Shown here one piece after another: positions 46,455 through 54,821 of a DNA stretch of 54,821 nt. Origin of the DNA: Coriobacteriia bacterium (GTDB taxonomy: Bacteria; Actinomycetota; Coriobacteriia; Anaerosomatales; Anaerosomataceae); the NCBI GenBank assembly GCA_016933785.1, contig JAFGAG010000001.1, positions 1 through 54,821 on the forward strand, given 5' to 3'. The number at the start of each line of letters is the position of its first letter. Positions within the stretch are counted from its first letter, which is position 1. The notes beneath the pieces are model-generated. The model was not told the origin of the DNA. It saw only the letters and a program-made list of their open reading frames with translations, and searched no databases. The translations under genes were made by a program, and so were the position numbers.

Positions 46455-47729
46455 ATGGGTACCGCACGAGTGGTGTTCGACCGTTGGAGCGATCGGTACG
46501 CGGAACGCATGGCGGACGTGCGCTCGAGCGCCGTCCGGGATCTGTTCGCCGCCGCCACTCGACCCGACATGATCTCGTTTTCTGGTGGCATGCCCGAGAT
46601 CCGGCGTGTGCCGATCGGTTCGGTCATCAGCGCCACCACCTCGGCGTTGCGCGACTCGGGCACCGAGGCGCTTCAGTACGGCTCCTCCGAGGGTCGGCCC
46701 AAGATCCGGCAGGTGGTCGTCGACCTCATGGGAGAGGTCGGGGTCCGCGTGAAGCCGGATGATCTTGTGATAACCGCCGGCGCCCAGCAGGCGCTCGATC
46801 TGATCGCCAAGATATTCATCGATCCCGGCGACATCATCATCACCGAGGGCCCCACCTACCTCGGCGCGCTGCAGGCGTTCTCCGCCTACCAGCCGAACAT
46901 CGTGTGCATACCGATGGACGCCGAGGGCATGCGCACGGACCTGTTGGCCGAAGAGTTGAAGCGCCTCGGTCCTCGCGGCGCCAAGTTCATCTACACGATT
47001 CCCAACTTCCAGAACCCGGCTGGCGTGACGCTCACCCCGCAGCGCCGACGCGAGCTCCTGGATCTGGCGCGTGAGTACGACATCCCGGTCATCGAGGACG
47101 ACCCGTACGGGCGGCTGCGCTTCGAGGGGGGTCACTGTCTGCCACTGCGTGCGCTGGACGACGACGTCATCTACCTTGGCACGTTCTCCAAGATCTTCGC
47201 GCCCGGCTTGCGGCTCGGCTGGGTCATCGCCCCGAGGCCGATTCTCGCGAAGATCCTGCTCGCCAAGCAGGCCGCCGACCTCTGCGGCAGTGCCTTTGCA
47301 CAGACCACCGCCGAGCGCTACTTCGCCGACACACGGTGGCGTAAGGTGCTGCAGGACCTCACCCGGGCGTACTCCGAACGCCGGGATGCCATGATCGACG
47401 CGCTCGGTGAGCACTTCCCGGCCGAGGCGAGCTGGACGGTGCCCGAGGGCGGGTTCTTCGTGTGGGTGGAGATGCCGACGTTCCTGGACCTCAAGTCCAT
47501 CCTTGCGGAGGCGGTCGAACGCGGCGTCACGTATGTGCCGGGTGACGCTTTCTACCCGGACGGCCGGGGGCGCAACTGCATGCGTCTCGGCTTCTGCTAT
47601 GCCGAGCCCGCGGCGATCCGTGAAGGCATCCGCCGTCTTGCCGAGGTGCTCGAGGACCGGCTTGAACTGTACCGTGCGTTCGCGGCTGCTGGCGTACTGC
47701 CCGCGGCCGAAGCTGAAGAGAGGGGCTGA
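46455..47729 (+). CDS. PLP-dependent class I/II aminotransferase
   Basis: ALQYG, ITAGAQQAL, PNFQNPAG, EDDPY, TFSKIFAPGLRLGW. Confidence 0.95.
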   Translation: MGTARVVFDRWSDRYAERMADVRSSAVRDLFAAATRPDMISFSGGMPEIRRVPIGSVISATTSALRDSGTEALQYGSSEGRPKIRQVVVDLMGEVGVRVKPDDLVITAGAQQALDLIAKIFIDPGDIIITEGPTYLGALQAFSAYQPNIVCIPMDAEGMRTDLLAEELKRLGPRGAKFIYTIPNFQNPAGVTLTPQRRRELLDLAREYDIPVIEDDPYGRLRFEGGHCLPLRALDDDVIYLGTFSKIFAPGLRLGWVIAPRPILAKILLAKQAADLCGSAFAQTTAERYFADTRWRKVLQDLTRAYSERRDAMIDALGEHFPAEASWTVPEGGFFVWVEMPTFLDLKSILAEAVERGVTYVPGDAFYPDGRGRNCMRLGFCYAEPAAIREGIRRLAEVLEDRLELYRAFAAAGVLPAAEAEERG

Positions 47730-47733
47730 TCAG

Positions 47734-48687
47734 GTGAAGGAGAAGATCGCGGTGCTCATGGGCGGGCAGTCGCTCGAGCGCGAGGTCTCGCTCGTGAGCG
47801 GCAAGCGCGTGTGCGATGCGCTTGAGGCCGAGGGGTATCGGGTGCTCGCGCTCGACGTGACGCCCGACCTGGTCACAACGCTCCGGAGCGAGCGGCCCGA
47901 CGCCGTGTACATCGCGCTTCATGGCAAGTACGGCGAGGACGGCACGGTGCAGGAGCTGCTCGAGTTCCTCGGCATCCCGTACACCGGCCCGGGTGTCGTC
48001 GCATCGGCGCTCGCGTGGGACAAGGCGCTCAGCAAGCGGCTGTTCGTAGCTGATGGCATTCCGACTCCAGCGTGGGTGACGTTCACCGCGGCTGCGTTCA
48101 AGCAGATGGGCGCAGCCACCGCGCTCGACCTCGTGCCCGGCGCCGTTGGGGGCTTCCCCGTGGTCGTAAAGCCCTCCAAGCAGGGCTCTGCGCTCGGTCT
48201 CACCAAAGTCGACGACGCCTCGGGGCTGGCCGAAGCACTTCTGACAGCGCTCTCATACGGTGATACCGCGATCGTCGAGAAGTGGATCGACGGACGCGAA
48301 CTGGCGGTCTCTGTGGTGAGCGATCGCGAGGGCGTGCCGCGCGTCTTCCCGCCGGTGGAGATGGAGCCCAAGAGCGGACTCTTCGACTTCACCGCGATGT
48401 ACACTGCCGGCGAGACCGACTACTACGTCCCCGCCCGCCTCGACGACGCTACGATGGGTGCGGTGATCGACCGGGCGGCCCGCGTACACACGTTGCTCGG
48501 CTGCGAGCGGGTCAGCCGCGTGGACATGGTCGTGGCGGAAGACGGCACCCCGTACGTCCTGGAGGTCAACACATCGCCGGGCATGACGGAGACCTCACTC
48601 CTGCCCATGGCAGCCGCTGCCGAGGGGCTGGATTTCCAGGAGCTGGTAGCGCATCTGGTACGCTCTATACTCGACGACGCGCGGTGA
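47734..48687 (+). CDS. ddl: D-alanine--D-alanine ligase family
   Basis: GGQSLEREVSL, LHGKYGEDG, KPSKQGSA, RVD, LEVNTSPGMT..SL. Confidence 0.92.
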   Translation: MKEKIAVLMGGQSLEREVSLVSGKRVCDALEAEGYRVLALDVTPDLVTTLRSERPDAVYIALHGKYGEDGTVQELLEFLGIPYTGPGVVASALAWDKALSKRLFVADGIPTPAWVTFTAAAFKQMGAATALDLVPGAVGGFPVVVKPSKQGSALGLTKVDDASGLAEALLTALSYGDTAIVEKWIDGRELAVSVVSDREGVPRVFPPVEMEPKSGLFDFTAMYTAGETDYYVPARLDDATMGAVIDRAARVHTLLGCERVSRVDMVVAEDGTPYVLEVNTSPGMTETSLLPMAAAAEGLDFQELVAHLVRSILDDAR

Positions 48688-48755
48688 TTGGGTACATATA
48701 CCACTGTCGTCGGTTCTAAGGACTGTCCGCTCGCTAGCTCGGAGGTGGGTTCCCT

Positions 48756-49217
48756 ATGTACGACTATCGCAGAGGTGAAAGCATACTCGGCGCGTTCCTG
48801 CTCGGCGGCATCGTCGGCGCCGTGCTCGGACTGCTCTTCTCACCCCGCTCGGGACGCGAGAACCGGGAGTTCATCGCCGCCAAGGCCGATGAGTACTGGG
48901 GAGAGGGCAAGCAGTTCTACGAGACGAGCCGAGCGAAGGTCCTCGATGAGACCGAGGAGATGCGGGTCAAGATCGATGCGGCTCGCGATCGTCTGAAGGA
49001 GCAGGTCGACACGGTCACACAGCAGGCCAAGGGCAAGATCCAGGAAGTCGCCCCCGCAGCCCGCGACGCCGTCACTCGGGCCGGCGAGTCCGTCAAGTCG
49101 GGCGTCGGCACGGTCGAGACCAAGGCGCAGGGCGTGCTCGACAAGCTCGCGGAGAAGGCAGCGCCGGCACCGGCCGAAGCCGCTCCCGATCTTACCGACC
49201 TACCGGTCGTCGAGTAG
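48756..49217 (+). CDS. YtxH domain-containing protein
   Basis: FLLGGIVGAVLGLLFSPRSGRENRE; SD GGAGGT. Confidence 0.92.
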   Translation: MYDYRRGESILGAFLLGGIVGAVLGLLFSPRSGRENREFIAAKADEYWGEGKQFYETSRAKVLDETEEMRVKIDAARDRLKEQVDTVTQQAKGKIQEVAPAARDAVTRAGESVKSGVGTVETKAQGVLDKLAEKAAPAPAEAAPDLTDLPVVE

Positions 49218-49243
49218 AACCACAGCGTCTCGCGGTATGATTG

Positions 49244-49273
49244 AAGGGCCGGCCGCTGCAGCGGCCGGCCCTT
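49244..49273. terminator. perfect 30-nt palindrome / terminator-like hairpin
   Basis: AAGGGCCGGCCGCTG-CAGCGGCCGGCCCTT downstream of the YtxH gene. Confidence 0.6.
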
Positions 49274-49312
49274 TCGCACCCGGCGAGCAGGCCGGCGATG
49301 GAGGTGGAGCGG

Positions 49313-50002
49313 ATGCCGAGCATCACGATGTATGAACGTCGGGCCATCGTCGGCCAGAACGGCCGACAGCTGGGGCGAGTCTCAGCGGTCCTGTTCCACC
49401 CCTCGGAACCACGGGTGGTCGGCGTGCAGGTCGACCGCGGTGCGATCCTCGGCGTCATCGACCAGCGTCCGCGTTACGTGCCGCTCGACGATCTGCGCAT
49501 CGCGGGCGACGAGGCGCTTGCGATCGAGAAGGACGCGCTGCCCAAGGACAACGAGGGCGAGCGCGCACTCGGTTACAGCTGGGACGAAAGCGTGATCTGG
49601 CATGGAATGCCGGTGAGCTCGACCACAGGCGAGCAGGTCGGCACCGTCAACGATGCGGAGTTCGATGCATCAACGGGGGAGATCACGGTCCTCCGGGTCT
49701 CCACCGGCGCTGTCGGTGATCTGGCGGTCGGACGTCTGGAGGTCCCGCGTGCGATCGTGCGGGGCTTCGTGCGCGATGCTGTCGTGGTCGAGGCCGGCTA
49801 CGCGGAGCTCACTGCGACCGGCGGAGCCGCCAAGGCTGCTGCAAGCGGTGTGACCGCCCTCAAGGAGCGCTCGGGCCAGGTGGCGGATGGGATGATGCAG
49901 GTCGGCGTAGCGGCCGCGGGTGCGCTCGGCCGATCCCTCAAGAGTGGCGTGGGCCGCAAAGCCATCGATAAGATGAAGTCGCTCATGGACGACGAGGAGT
50001 AA
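49313..50002 (+). CDS. tandem PRC-barrel domain protein
   Basis: Two G..LG.V/G..VG.V.D..FD repeats. Confidence 0.8.
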   Translation: MPSITMYERRAIVGQNGRQLGRVSAVLFHPSEPRVVGVQVDRGAILGVIDQRPRYVPLDDLRIAGDEALAIEKDALPKDNEGERALGYSWDESVIWHGMPVSSTTGEQVGTVNDAEFDASTGEITVLRVSTGAVGDLAVGRLEVPRAIVRGFVRDAVVVEAGYAELTATGGAAKAAASGVTALKERSGQVADGMMQVGVAAAGALGRSLKSGVGRKAIDKMKSLMDDEE

Positions 50003-50011
50003 GGGTCCGCC

Positions 50012-50647
50012 GTGCGGAAGATCATCGGACTGAGCGTGCTCGACCGCGAACGGCTGCCGGTACCCTGTGCCGGCTGCATGTACTGGGAGAGTGCCGACCG
50101 CCTGCCCTTCGAGTGCGGGGCGCGGTGTGACGAGGCCGAGGCGACGGAGCGTGTCAGAGTGATAGCGGACGCCTGGGGTGAGTGCGGCCGGGTGGTCGTC
50201 GAGGACGGCGAGGTGCTCGGGTTCATCAAGTATGCGCCACCCCTCTACATGCCGCAGGCGCGGCACCTGCCGCCAGGCCCGCCGGATGGCGATGCTCCAC
50301 TGATCACCTGCATGCACATCGACCCGGATGCCCGGCAGAAGGGGGTCGGAGGGTTGCTGTTGCGTGCTGCGATGCGCGATCTCGCGCAGCGCGGGGAGCG
50401 AACCGTGCAGGCCTACGCGACGACCTACCGGGGCGACATGTCCGACGTGCCAGTCGTGGGCGTGGAGTTCCTGCTGCGCCACGGGTTCACTGTGGCTCGT
50501 CCGCATCCCGAGGTACCCCTGATGCGTGTCGACCTCAAGACGCTCGTCTCGTGGACCGAGAACCTCGAGGCGGTACTGGAGTCTCTGCGACTGCCGGTCC
50601 GCGCTCCGCGACGCGAGCCGGTCACTCTGTCGAAGGCAGATAGGTGA
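50012..50647 (+). CDS. GNAT family N-acetyltransferase
   Basis: C..CMYWE, WGECG, RQKGVGGLLL acetyl-CoA motif, FLLRHGF..HP..P.MR.DL. Confidence 0.88.
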   Translation: MRKIIGLSVLDRERLPVPCAGCMYWESADRLPFECGARCDEAEATERVRVIADAWGECGRVVVEDGEVLGFIKYAPPLYMPQARHLPPGPPDGDAPLITCMHIDPDARQKGVGGLLLRAAMRDLAQRGERTVQAYATTYRGDMSDVPVVGVEFLLRHGFTVARPHPEVPLMRVDLKTLVSWTENLEAVLESLRLPVRAPRREPVTLSKADR

Positions 50648-51254
50648 GCTCGCCGATCCGGTAGGTCCGGGTAGGCGTGACCACGATGTCCATCGGCCTG
50701 TCGTACGAGTCATGCGGTACCCGATCGACGACCTGCTCGTCGTAGGCCACACCGATCGTGAGCGGGCACCCGCCCACGTCCGCCAGCAGGGAGTCGTAGT
50801 AGCCGCCGCCGAACCCGAGCCGGTTCCCCGAAGGATCGAACGCGACCCCGGGGACGATCAGCGCAGACAGGGCCTCGAGTGGCGCGCGAGGTGAGTCCTC
50901 GGTCGGCTCACGCAAATCGAAGGCACCGTTGACCAGCGGTGACTCCCGATCGACCCAGTGCAGGGTGAGCTCGCGGGGTCCGGCTACCCTCGGGTAGGCG
51001 ATGCGCGTGCCCCGCTCGCGGAGCGCGAACTCCAGCACGCTCACGTCGACCTCCTCCGGAGAAGCTCCGTAGACCATCACTGCGGATGCCCCCGCGATCT
51101 CTGGGAGAGCGAGCACGCGCTCGGCGACGGCATACGCATATGCGGTGCGCAGCTCGGGAAGGACCGACCTACGCGCAGCACGCGCTTTCAGACGCAGCAC
51201 GGACTTGGCTCGGTCGAGCGATTCGTGGTCGGTGCTACCGGATGTATCGGTCAT
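50622..51254 (-). CDS. 5-formyltetrahydrofolate cyclo-ligase
   Basis: IVPGVAFD..GNRLGFGGGYYD, HD.PMDIVVT. Confidence 0.95.
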   Translation of the reverse strand: MTDTSGSTDHESLDRAKSVLRLKARAARRSVLPELRTAYAYAVAERVLALPEIAGASAVMVYGASPEEVDVSVLEFALRERGTRIAYPRVAGPRELTLHWVDRESPLVNGAFDLREPTEDSPRAPLEALSALIVPGVAFDPSGNRLGFGGGYYDSLLADVGGCPLTIGVAYDEQVVDRVPHDSYDRPMDIVVTPTRTYRIGELTYLPSTE

Positions 51255-51275
51255 GTAACAAGCATAGCACCGCGG

Positions 51276-52526
51276 TCATCCGATGTTGAGTATTGTCATA
51301 ACCATCAGGATGGCAGTCAGAGCGATGACGATCACGATGGTCGCCCAGGCAAGCATGTTGTTCAGTCGGCTGTTGACGTGGCGACCCATGATCGTCCGGT
51401 CGTTGATGATGATCATCATGAAGATGAGGAGGAACGGTAGCAGTATGCCGTTGACCACCTGGGAGACCAGCATGATGGCGATCAGGTCCAACCCCGGAAT
51501 CAGTATCGTGGCTGCCGATGCCACGATGATGACGGTGTAGAGCCCGTTGAAGACGGGGGCCTCCGACCACTCTCGATCCAGACCAGACTCCCATCCGAAC
51601 GCCTCGCAGATCGCGTAGGCAGAGGTGAGCGGGAGTACCGCCGCGGCGAGAAGCGATGCCGAGAGCAACCCGACCGAGAACAGCATCTCGGCGTATGGAC
51701 CCGCGAGCGGTGCCAACGCCCGAGCCGCGTCCTCGGCTCCGGCGATCTGGATACCGGCGGGATGCAGGATCGTCCCGGTGGTGATGATGATCGCGCAGGC
51801 GATCAGGTTGGCCGCGACCGCACCGAGCATGACGTCCCACCGCGCAAGTCGCCACTCACGGACGGTCGTTCCCTTGTCGACGATGTTGCTCTGCAGCAGG
51901 AACTGCATCCACGGAGCGATGGTGGTGCCCGTGAGGCCGATGGAGAGCGCGATGAAGCTGCGGTCGGGCACGATGGAGGGGACCACGAACGCTCGCCCCA
52001 CCTCGCCCCAGTCGGGGCGGGCGAGGAAGACGGCCACGATGTAGGCGATGAATACCGACGAGAGTGCGAGAAGCACCTTCTCGACGCGGGTGTAGCTGCC
52101 GCGAACCACGAGCATCCACACGATCAGCGCGGCGATGGGCACCGAGATGTACCGGGAGACTCCGAAGAGCTCCATCGCGGCTGCCACGCCGGCGAACTCG
52201 GCGATGGTGGTCGCGGCGGTGCTGCCGAGCAGCATGAGCATCGCACCGAAGGTAAGTCGTACGCCGAACCGCTCGCGGATCAGGGCGGCGAACCCCTTGC
52301 CGGTGACGGCGCCCATGCGCCCCGCCATCTCCTGCACGATCATGAACGCGGGAGTCATGGCGAGCATCATCCACAGCATCGAATAGCCGTAGCGTGCGCC
52401 CGCCTCTGAGTAGGTGGAGATGCCGCCCGCGTCGTTGCCGGCGGACGCCGAGATGATCCCCGGGCCGATGAGCGCGAGGATCGCGAAGAGCGGCAGGCGC
52501 TTCTTCGTGTCGGCTGCCGGCGTCAA
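51276..52526 (-). CDS. NRAMP-family divalent metal (probably Mg2+) transporter
   Basis: GPG..GNDAGGI.TYS.AGA.YG, QEM..RMG.VTG.G, GTTIAPW; TTG start after GGAGG. Confidence 0.92.
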   Translation of the reverse strand: MTPAADTKKRLPLFAILALIGPGIISASAGNDAGGISTYSEAGARYGYSMLWMMLAMTPAFMIVQEMAGRMGAVTGKGFAALIRERFGVRLTFGAMLMLLGSTAATTIAEFAGVAAAMELFGVSRYISVPIAALIVWMLVVRGSYTRVEKVLLALSSVFIAYIVAVFLARPDWGEVGRAFVVPSIVPDRSFIALSIGLTGTTIAPWMQFLLQSNIVDKGTTVREWRLARWDVMLGAVAANLIACAIIITTGTILHPAGIQIAGAEDAARALAPLAGPYAEMLFSVGLLSASLLAAAVLPLTSAYAICEAFGWESGLDREWSEAPVFNGLYTVIIVASAATILIPGLDLIAIMLVSQVVNGILLPFLLIFMMIIINDRTIMGRHVNSRLNNMLAWATIVIVIALTAILMVMTILNIG

Positions 52527-52529
52527 CGG

Positions 52530-54404
52530 CTAGCCTCCCGCAGTGATGAGAGCTGCACCCCACGTCGACCCGAACGCATAGGCGAGTCCGAGGTAGATCA
52601 CCGCGCCGAGCAGCATCGCGGTGATGGCGAGCCCGGCGCCGGACACCGCCTTCTCCTGTGCGCTTCTGCGCAGGGCGACGTGCCCGAGCATCCCACCCAC
52701 GAGCACCGTGAGCAGGCTGGCTGCGGCGGTCGCCGCCGCGAACGGCGTCGCGATCACGTGCATCTCACCAGTGGAGAGCACCACGAACCCGGACGCCACG
52801 AGCGCGTTCAAGAGCGCGGCCGCCAGCCCGATCCCGCCTTCGCGCAGCAGCCGCTTCCCGAGCGTGAGCCGCTCGTCCTCGTCCTCGTCTTCGATGAGCT
52901 CGGCGAGCGTACGTGAGGAGAGGTCTTCGGCGGTCCTGAGGAGCAGTGGAAGCAGCACGAGCGCCCAGGACGTCATCGTGAGGCCAAATCCGAGGCTCAC
53001 CGAGCCCGTCTCGGCCAGGACGTCCGTCAGTGGGCGGCTCACTCCGATGAAGGCGAGGAACGCGATGCCCCATACCAGGAGCCACGCATTGCGGCGGACG
53101 AGCCACCACCAGAGGCTGGCCAGCGGCCCGTGCTCGCGGGTCGCACCGGTCGCGATGGCGAGGTCCTCGGCGGACTCCTCCTCGAGGACCTCGAGCGCGT
53201 CGTCGACGGTCACGATGCCGAGCAGCTTGCCGGTCTCGTCGATGACGGGGAGTGCGAGGAGGTCGTACTTGCTCATCGTCTCCGCGACGACCTCCTGGTC
53301 GTCGTCCGGCCCCACGGTGGTGACGTCACGGCTGAGGAGGTCCGCGATGCGCGTCTCGGGCTCGGAGATCACGAGGTCCCGGAGCGAGATCACGCCCTCG
53401 AGGCGCCGGTCCTCGTCAACCACGTAGATGTAGTAGATGCCCTCGCGCTCCGCGGCCTCTCCCCGAAGATGCTCGATGACCTGCTGCACGCTCATGCCCT
53501 CGGTCACTGTGGTGACCTCCGGCGTCATGATGCCTCCTGCGGTCTTCTCGCGGTAGCCGAGGAGCGAGCGGATCGCGCGCGCTTCGTTCACCCCCATCAG
53601 GCGGAGCAGCGCTTCGGCCTTGTCGTACGACAGGTCGCCGATGATGTCGGCGGCATCGTCCGGGTCCATCTCCTCGAGGATGTCGCTCGCGCGCTGATCG
53701 CCGAGGTCATCGATGAGGTCGGCCTGGAACTCGTCCTCCAGCTCGGCGACGGTGAGGGCGGCTTGCACGTTGTCCAGATGCTCGAACACGCGTGCCCGCT
53801 GCGAAGGCCCGAGCTGCTCGAGCACGTCGGCTACGTCGGCGGGGTGGAGCTCGTGGAGGCGCTTGTGCGTGACCGACAGCCGCACGTGCGAGAGGTCGCG
53901 GTCGAGCAGGTCCATGTAGTTCCACGCGATGAGGTTCTCGGAGAGGTCTCGGCCGAACAGCTTGAGCACGGTGGATACCGCGCCCTCCACCAAAGGATGG
54001 ATCCCGCGGAGGATGCCCCGCATGCCCACTTCGGCACCGAGCAGCCGCAGCTGGTTGCGACTCTCGGAGAGCTTGAGGTCGTTGACGCGCACGACCTTCA
54101 TGCCCTGCGTGTCGACGATCTGCTTGTTGAGCAGATCGCGGGCGAGCAGCACCTCGTCGGGCTGCAGGTAGCTGAAGCGTAGTGCGGCGCGCTCGGCGTT
54201 GAGCTCGATGCGGTCGTCGTCGAGCGTCGAGACGAACTTGCGCCAGGACAGCATGAACGGCGTCTTCTCGGGGCCGAGGAACGCGAGCGAGGTGACGCGG
54301 GGGAACACCTCGCCGGTGGCGATCGCGATGTCGCTGATCTCACCGATGACCTCGCCAGCGGCGTCGACCACCGGCTTGCCCAGCATCCGGGTCAGATAGA
54401 ACAT
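52530..54404 (-). CDS. mgtE: MgtE-like protein (PRC-barrel + MgtE N + CBS pair + divergent TM domain)
   Basis: LHPADVAD, MDPDDAAD, TAGGIMT, KYDLLALPV, GIVTVDD; SD GGAGGAGGG. Confidence 0.85.
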   Translation of the reverse strand: MFYLTRMLGKPVVDAAGEVIGEISDIAIATGEVFPRVTSLAFLGPEKTPFMLSWRKFVSTLDDDRIELNAERAALRFSYLQPDEVLLARDLLNKQIVDTQGMKVVRVNDLKLSESRNQLRLLGAEVGMRGILRGIHPLVEGAVSTVLKLFGRDLSENLIAWNYMDLLDRDLSHVRLSVTHKRLHELHPADVADVLEQLGPSQRARVFEHLDNVQAALTVAELEDEFQADLIDDLGDQRASDILEEMDPDDAADIIGDLSYDKAEALLRLMGVNEARAIRSLLGYREKTAGGIMTPEVTTVTEGMSVQQVIEHLRGEAAEREGIYYIYVVDEDRRLEGVISLRDLVISEPETRIADLLSRDVTTVGPDDDQEVVAETMSKYDLLALPVIDETGKLLGIVTVDDALEVLEEESAEDLAIATGATREHGPLASLWWWLVRRNAWLLVWGIAFLAFIGVSRPLTDVLAETGSVSLGFGLTMTSWALVLLPLLLRTAEDLSSRTLAELIEDEDEDERLTLGKRLLREGGIGLAAALLNALVASGFVVLSTGEMHVIATPFAAATAAASLLTVLVGGMLGHVALRRSAQEKAVSGAGLAITAMLLGAVIYLGLAYAFGSTWGAALITAGG

Positions 54405-54640
54405 ATGGCTCCCTCCTCCCGGCATACGTGCCGGCAGGTCGATCGTGACGGGGGTCCCGAACCCCCGAGGCGATCTCAGGAGCCGGGACCTAAGGACTTG
54501 ATGGTGTCACTGAGGTCCGGTTTCTCTTGGCAACAGGTCCGACAACGATACGAGCCCCGCGTCGTGCTCGACGGGGGCCCGGTATGCGGCATGCGCCGCG
54601 AACGGTACGGTGGCGTGTGCCTGCCGTAACGTAGCTCCGT

Positions 54641-54821
54641 CCCTCGTCTGCGGTTTTGGCACTGTCCGACGTAGGGCGCACGGGCTCTCCGTGCGGCGGC
54701 AAGCCGCCTCTTGCAGTCCCAGCCACCTTAGCCGTCCCCTTAAGCCGGGGAGGGCTGTTCTACCCATTGGCGTCTCTCGACATTTCCGGGCAGTGGCCTG
54801 TGTTCGAACAGGAGCCGCACC
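54641..54821 (-). promoter_or_regulatory. M-box (ykoK) Mg2+ riboswitch; 5' end at or beyond the window edge
   Basis: Minus strand reads GGCTCCTGT..CTGCCCGGAAATGTCGAGAGACGCCAATGGGT..AAGG..GCTGG..ACAGTGCCAAAAC..ACGA, matching the M-box consensus, upstream of Mg transporters. Confidence 0.92.

Noticed and set aside
51254-51276. 6S RNA upstream of 5-FTHF cyclo-ligase (ssrS-ygfA synteny)
   Set aside because: Only ~21 nt separate it from the NRAMP gene, leaving no room
1-54821. CRISPR array, IS element, integrase/att sites, parS or DnaA-box clusters
   Set aside because: No regularly spaced repeats, transposase/recombinase motifs or matching consensus sites noticed; the scan was by eye and not exhaustive

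Overview
A GC-rich, gene-dense bacterial chromosomal segment. The gene content suggests an anaerobic actinobacterium, possibly Coriobacteriia (inference). No rRNA, CRISPR array, integrase or transposase was recognised. Contents in order: tRNA-Ile(GAT); a baeRF3-like release-factor homolog; a 2900-aa cyclic beta-1,2-glucan synthase (Cgs/NdvB); a membrane-anchored rhodanese-thioredoxin fusion split by an in-frame UGA in a WUPSC motif with a SECIS-like hairpin (probable selenoprotein); an unexplained ~265-nt self-closing structured element; tRNA-Ala(TGC); an ABC-2 exporter; EamA; a His-less PAS/GAF sensor kinase; an mrp-like E-F-G-B'-B-C-D-D-D-D antiporter operon headed by a degenerate GGDEF protein and followed by a 4Fe-4S protein; HlyIII, Usp, CNNM and Lia/Psp envelope-stress genes; Maf; a HEAT + HD-GYP pair; UPF0182; an RlpA-like gene with a long structured leader; a stand-alone cyanophycin-synthetase N-domain; a transcriptional T-box ahead of an aminotransferase-ddl operon; YtxH, PRC-barrel and GNAT genes; and an M-box-controlled mgtE-like/NRAMP/5-FTHF cyclo-ligase operon. 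All calls come from reading motifs by eye; no searches were run.
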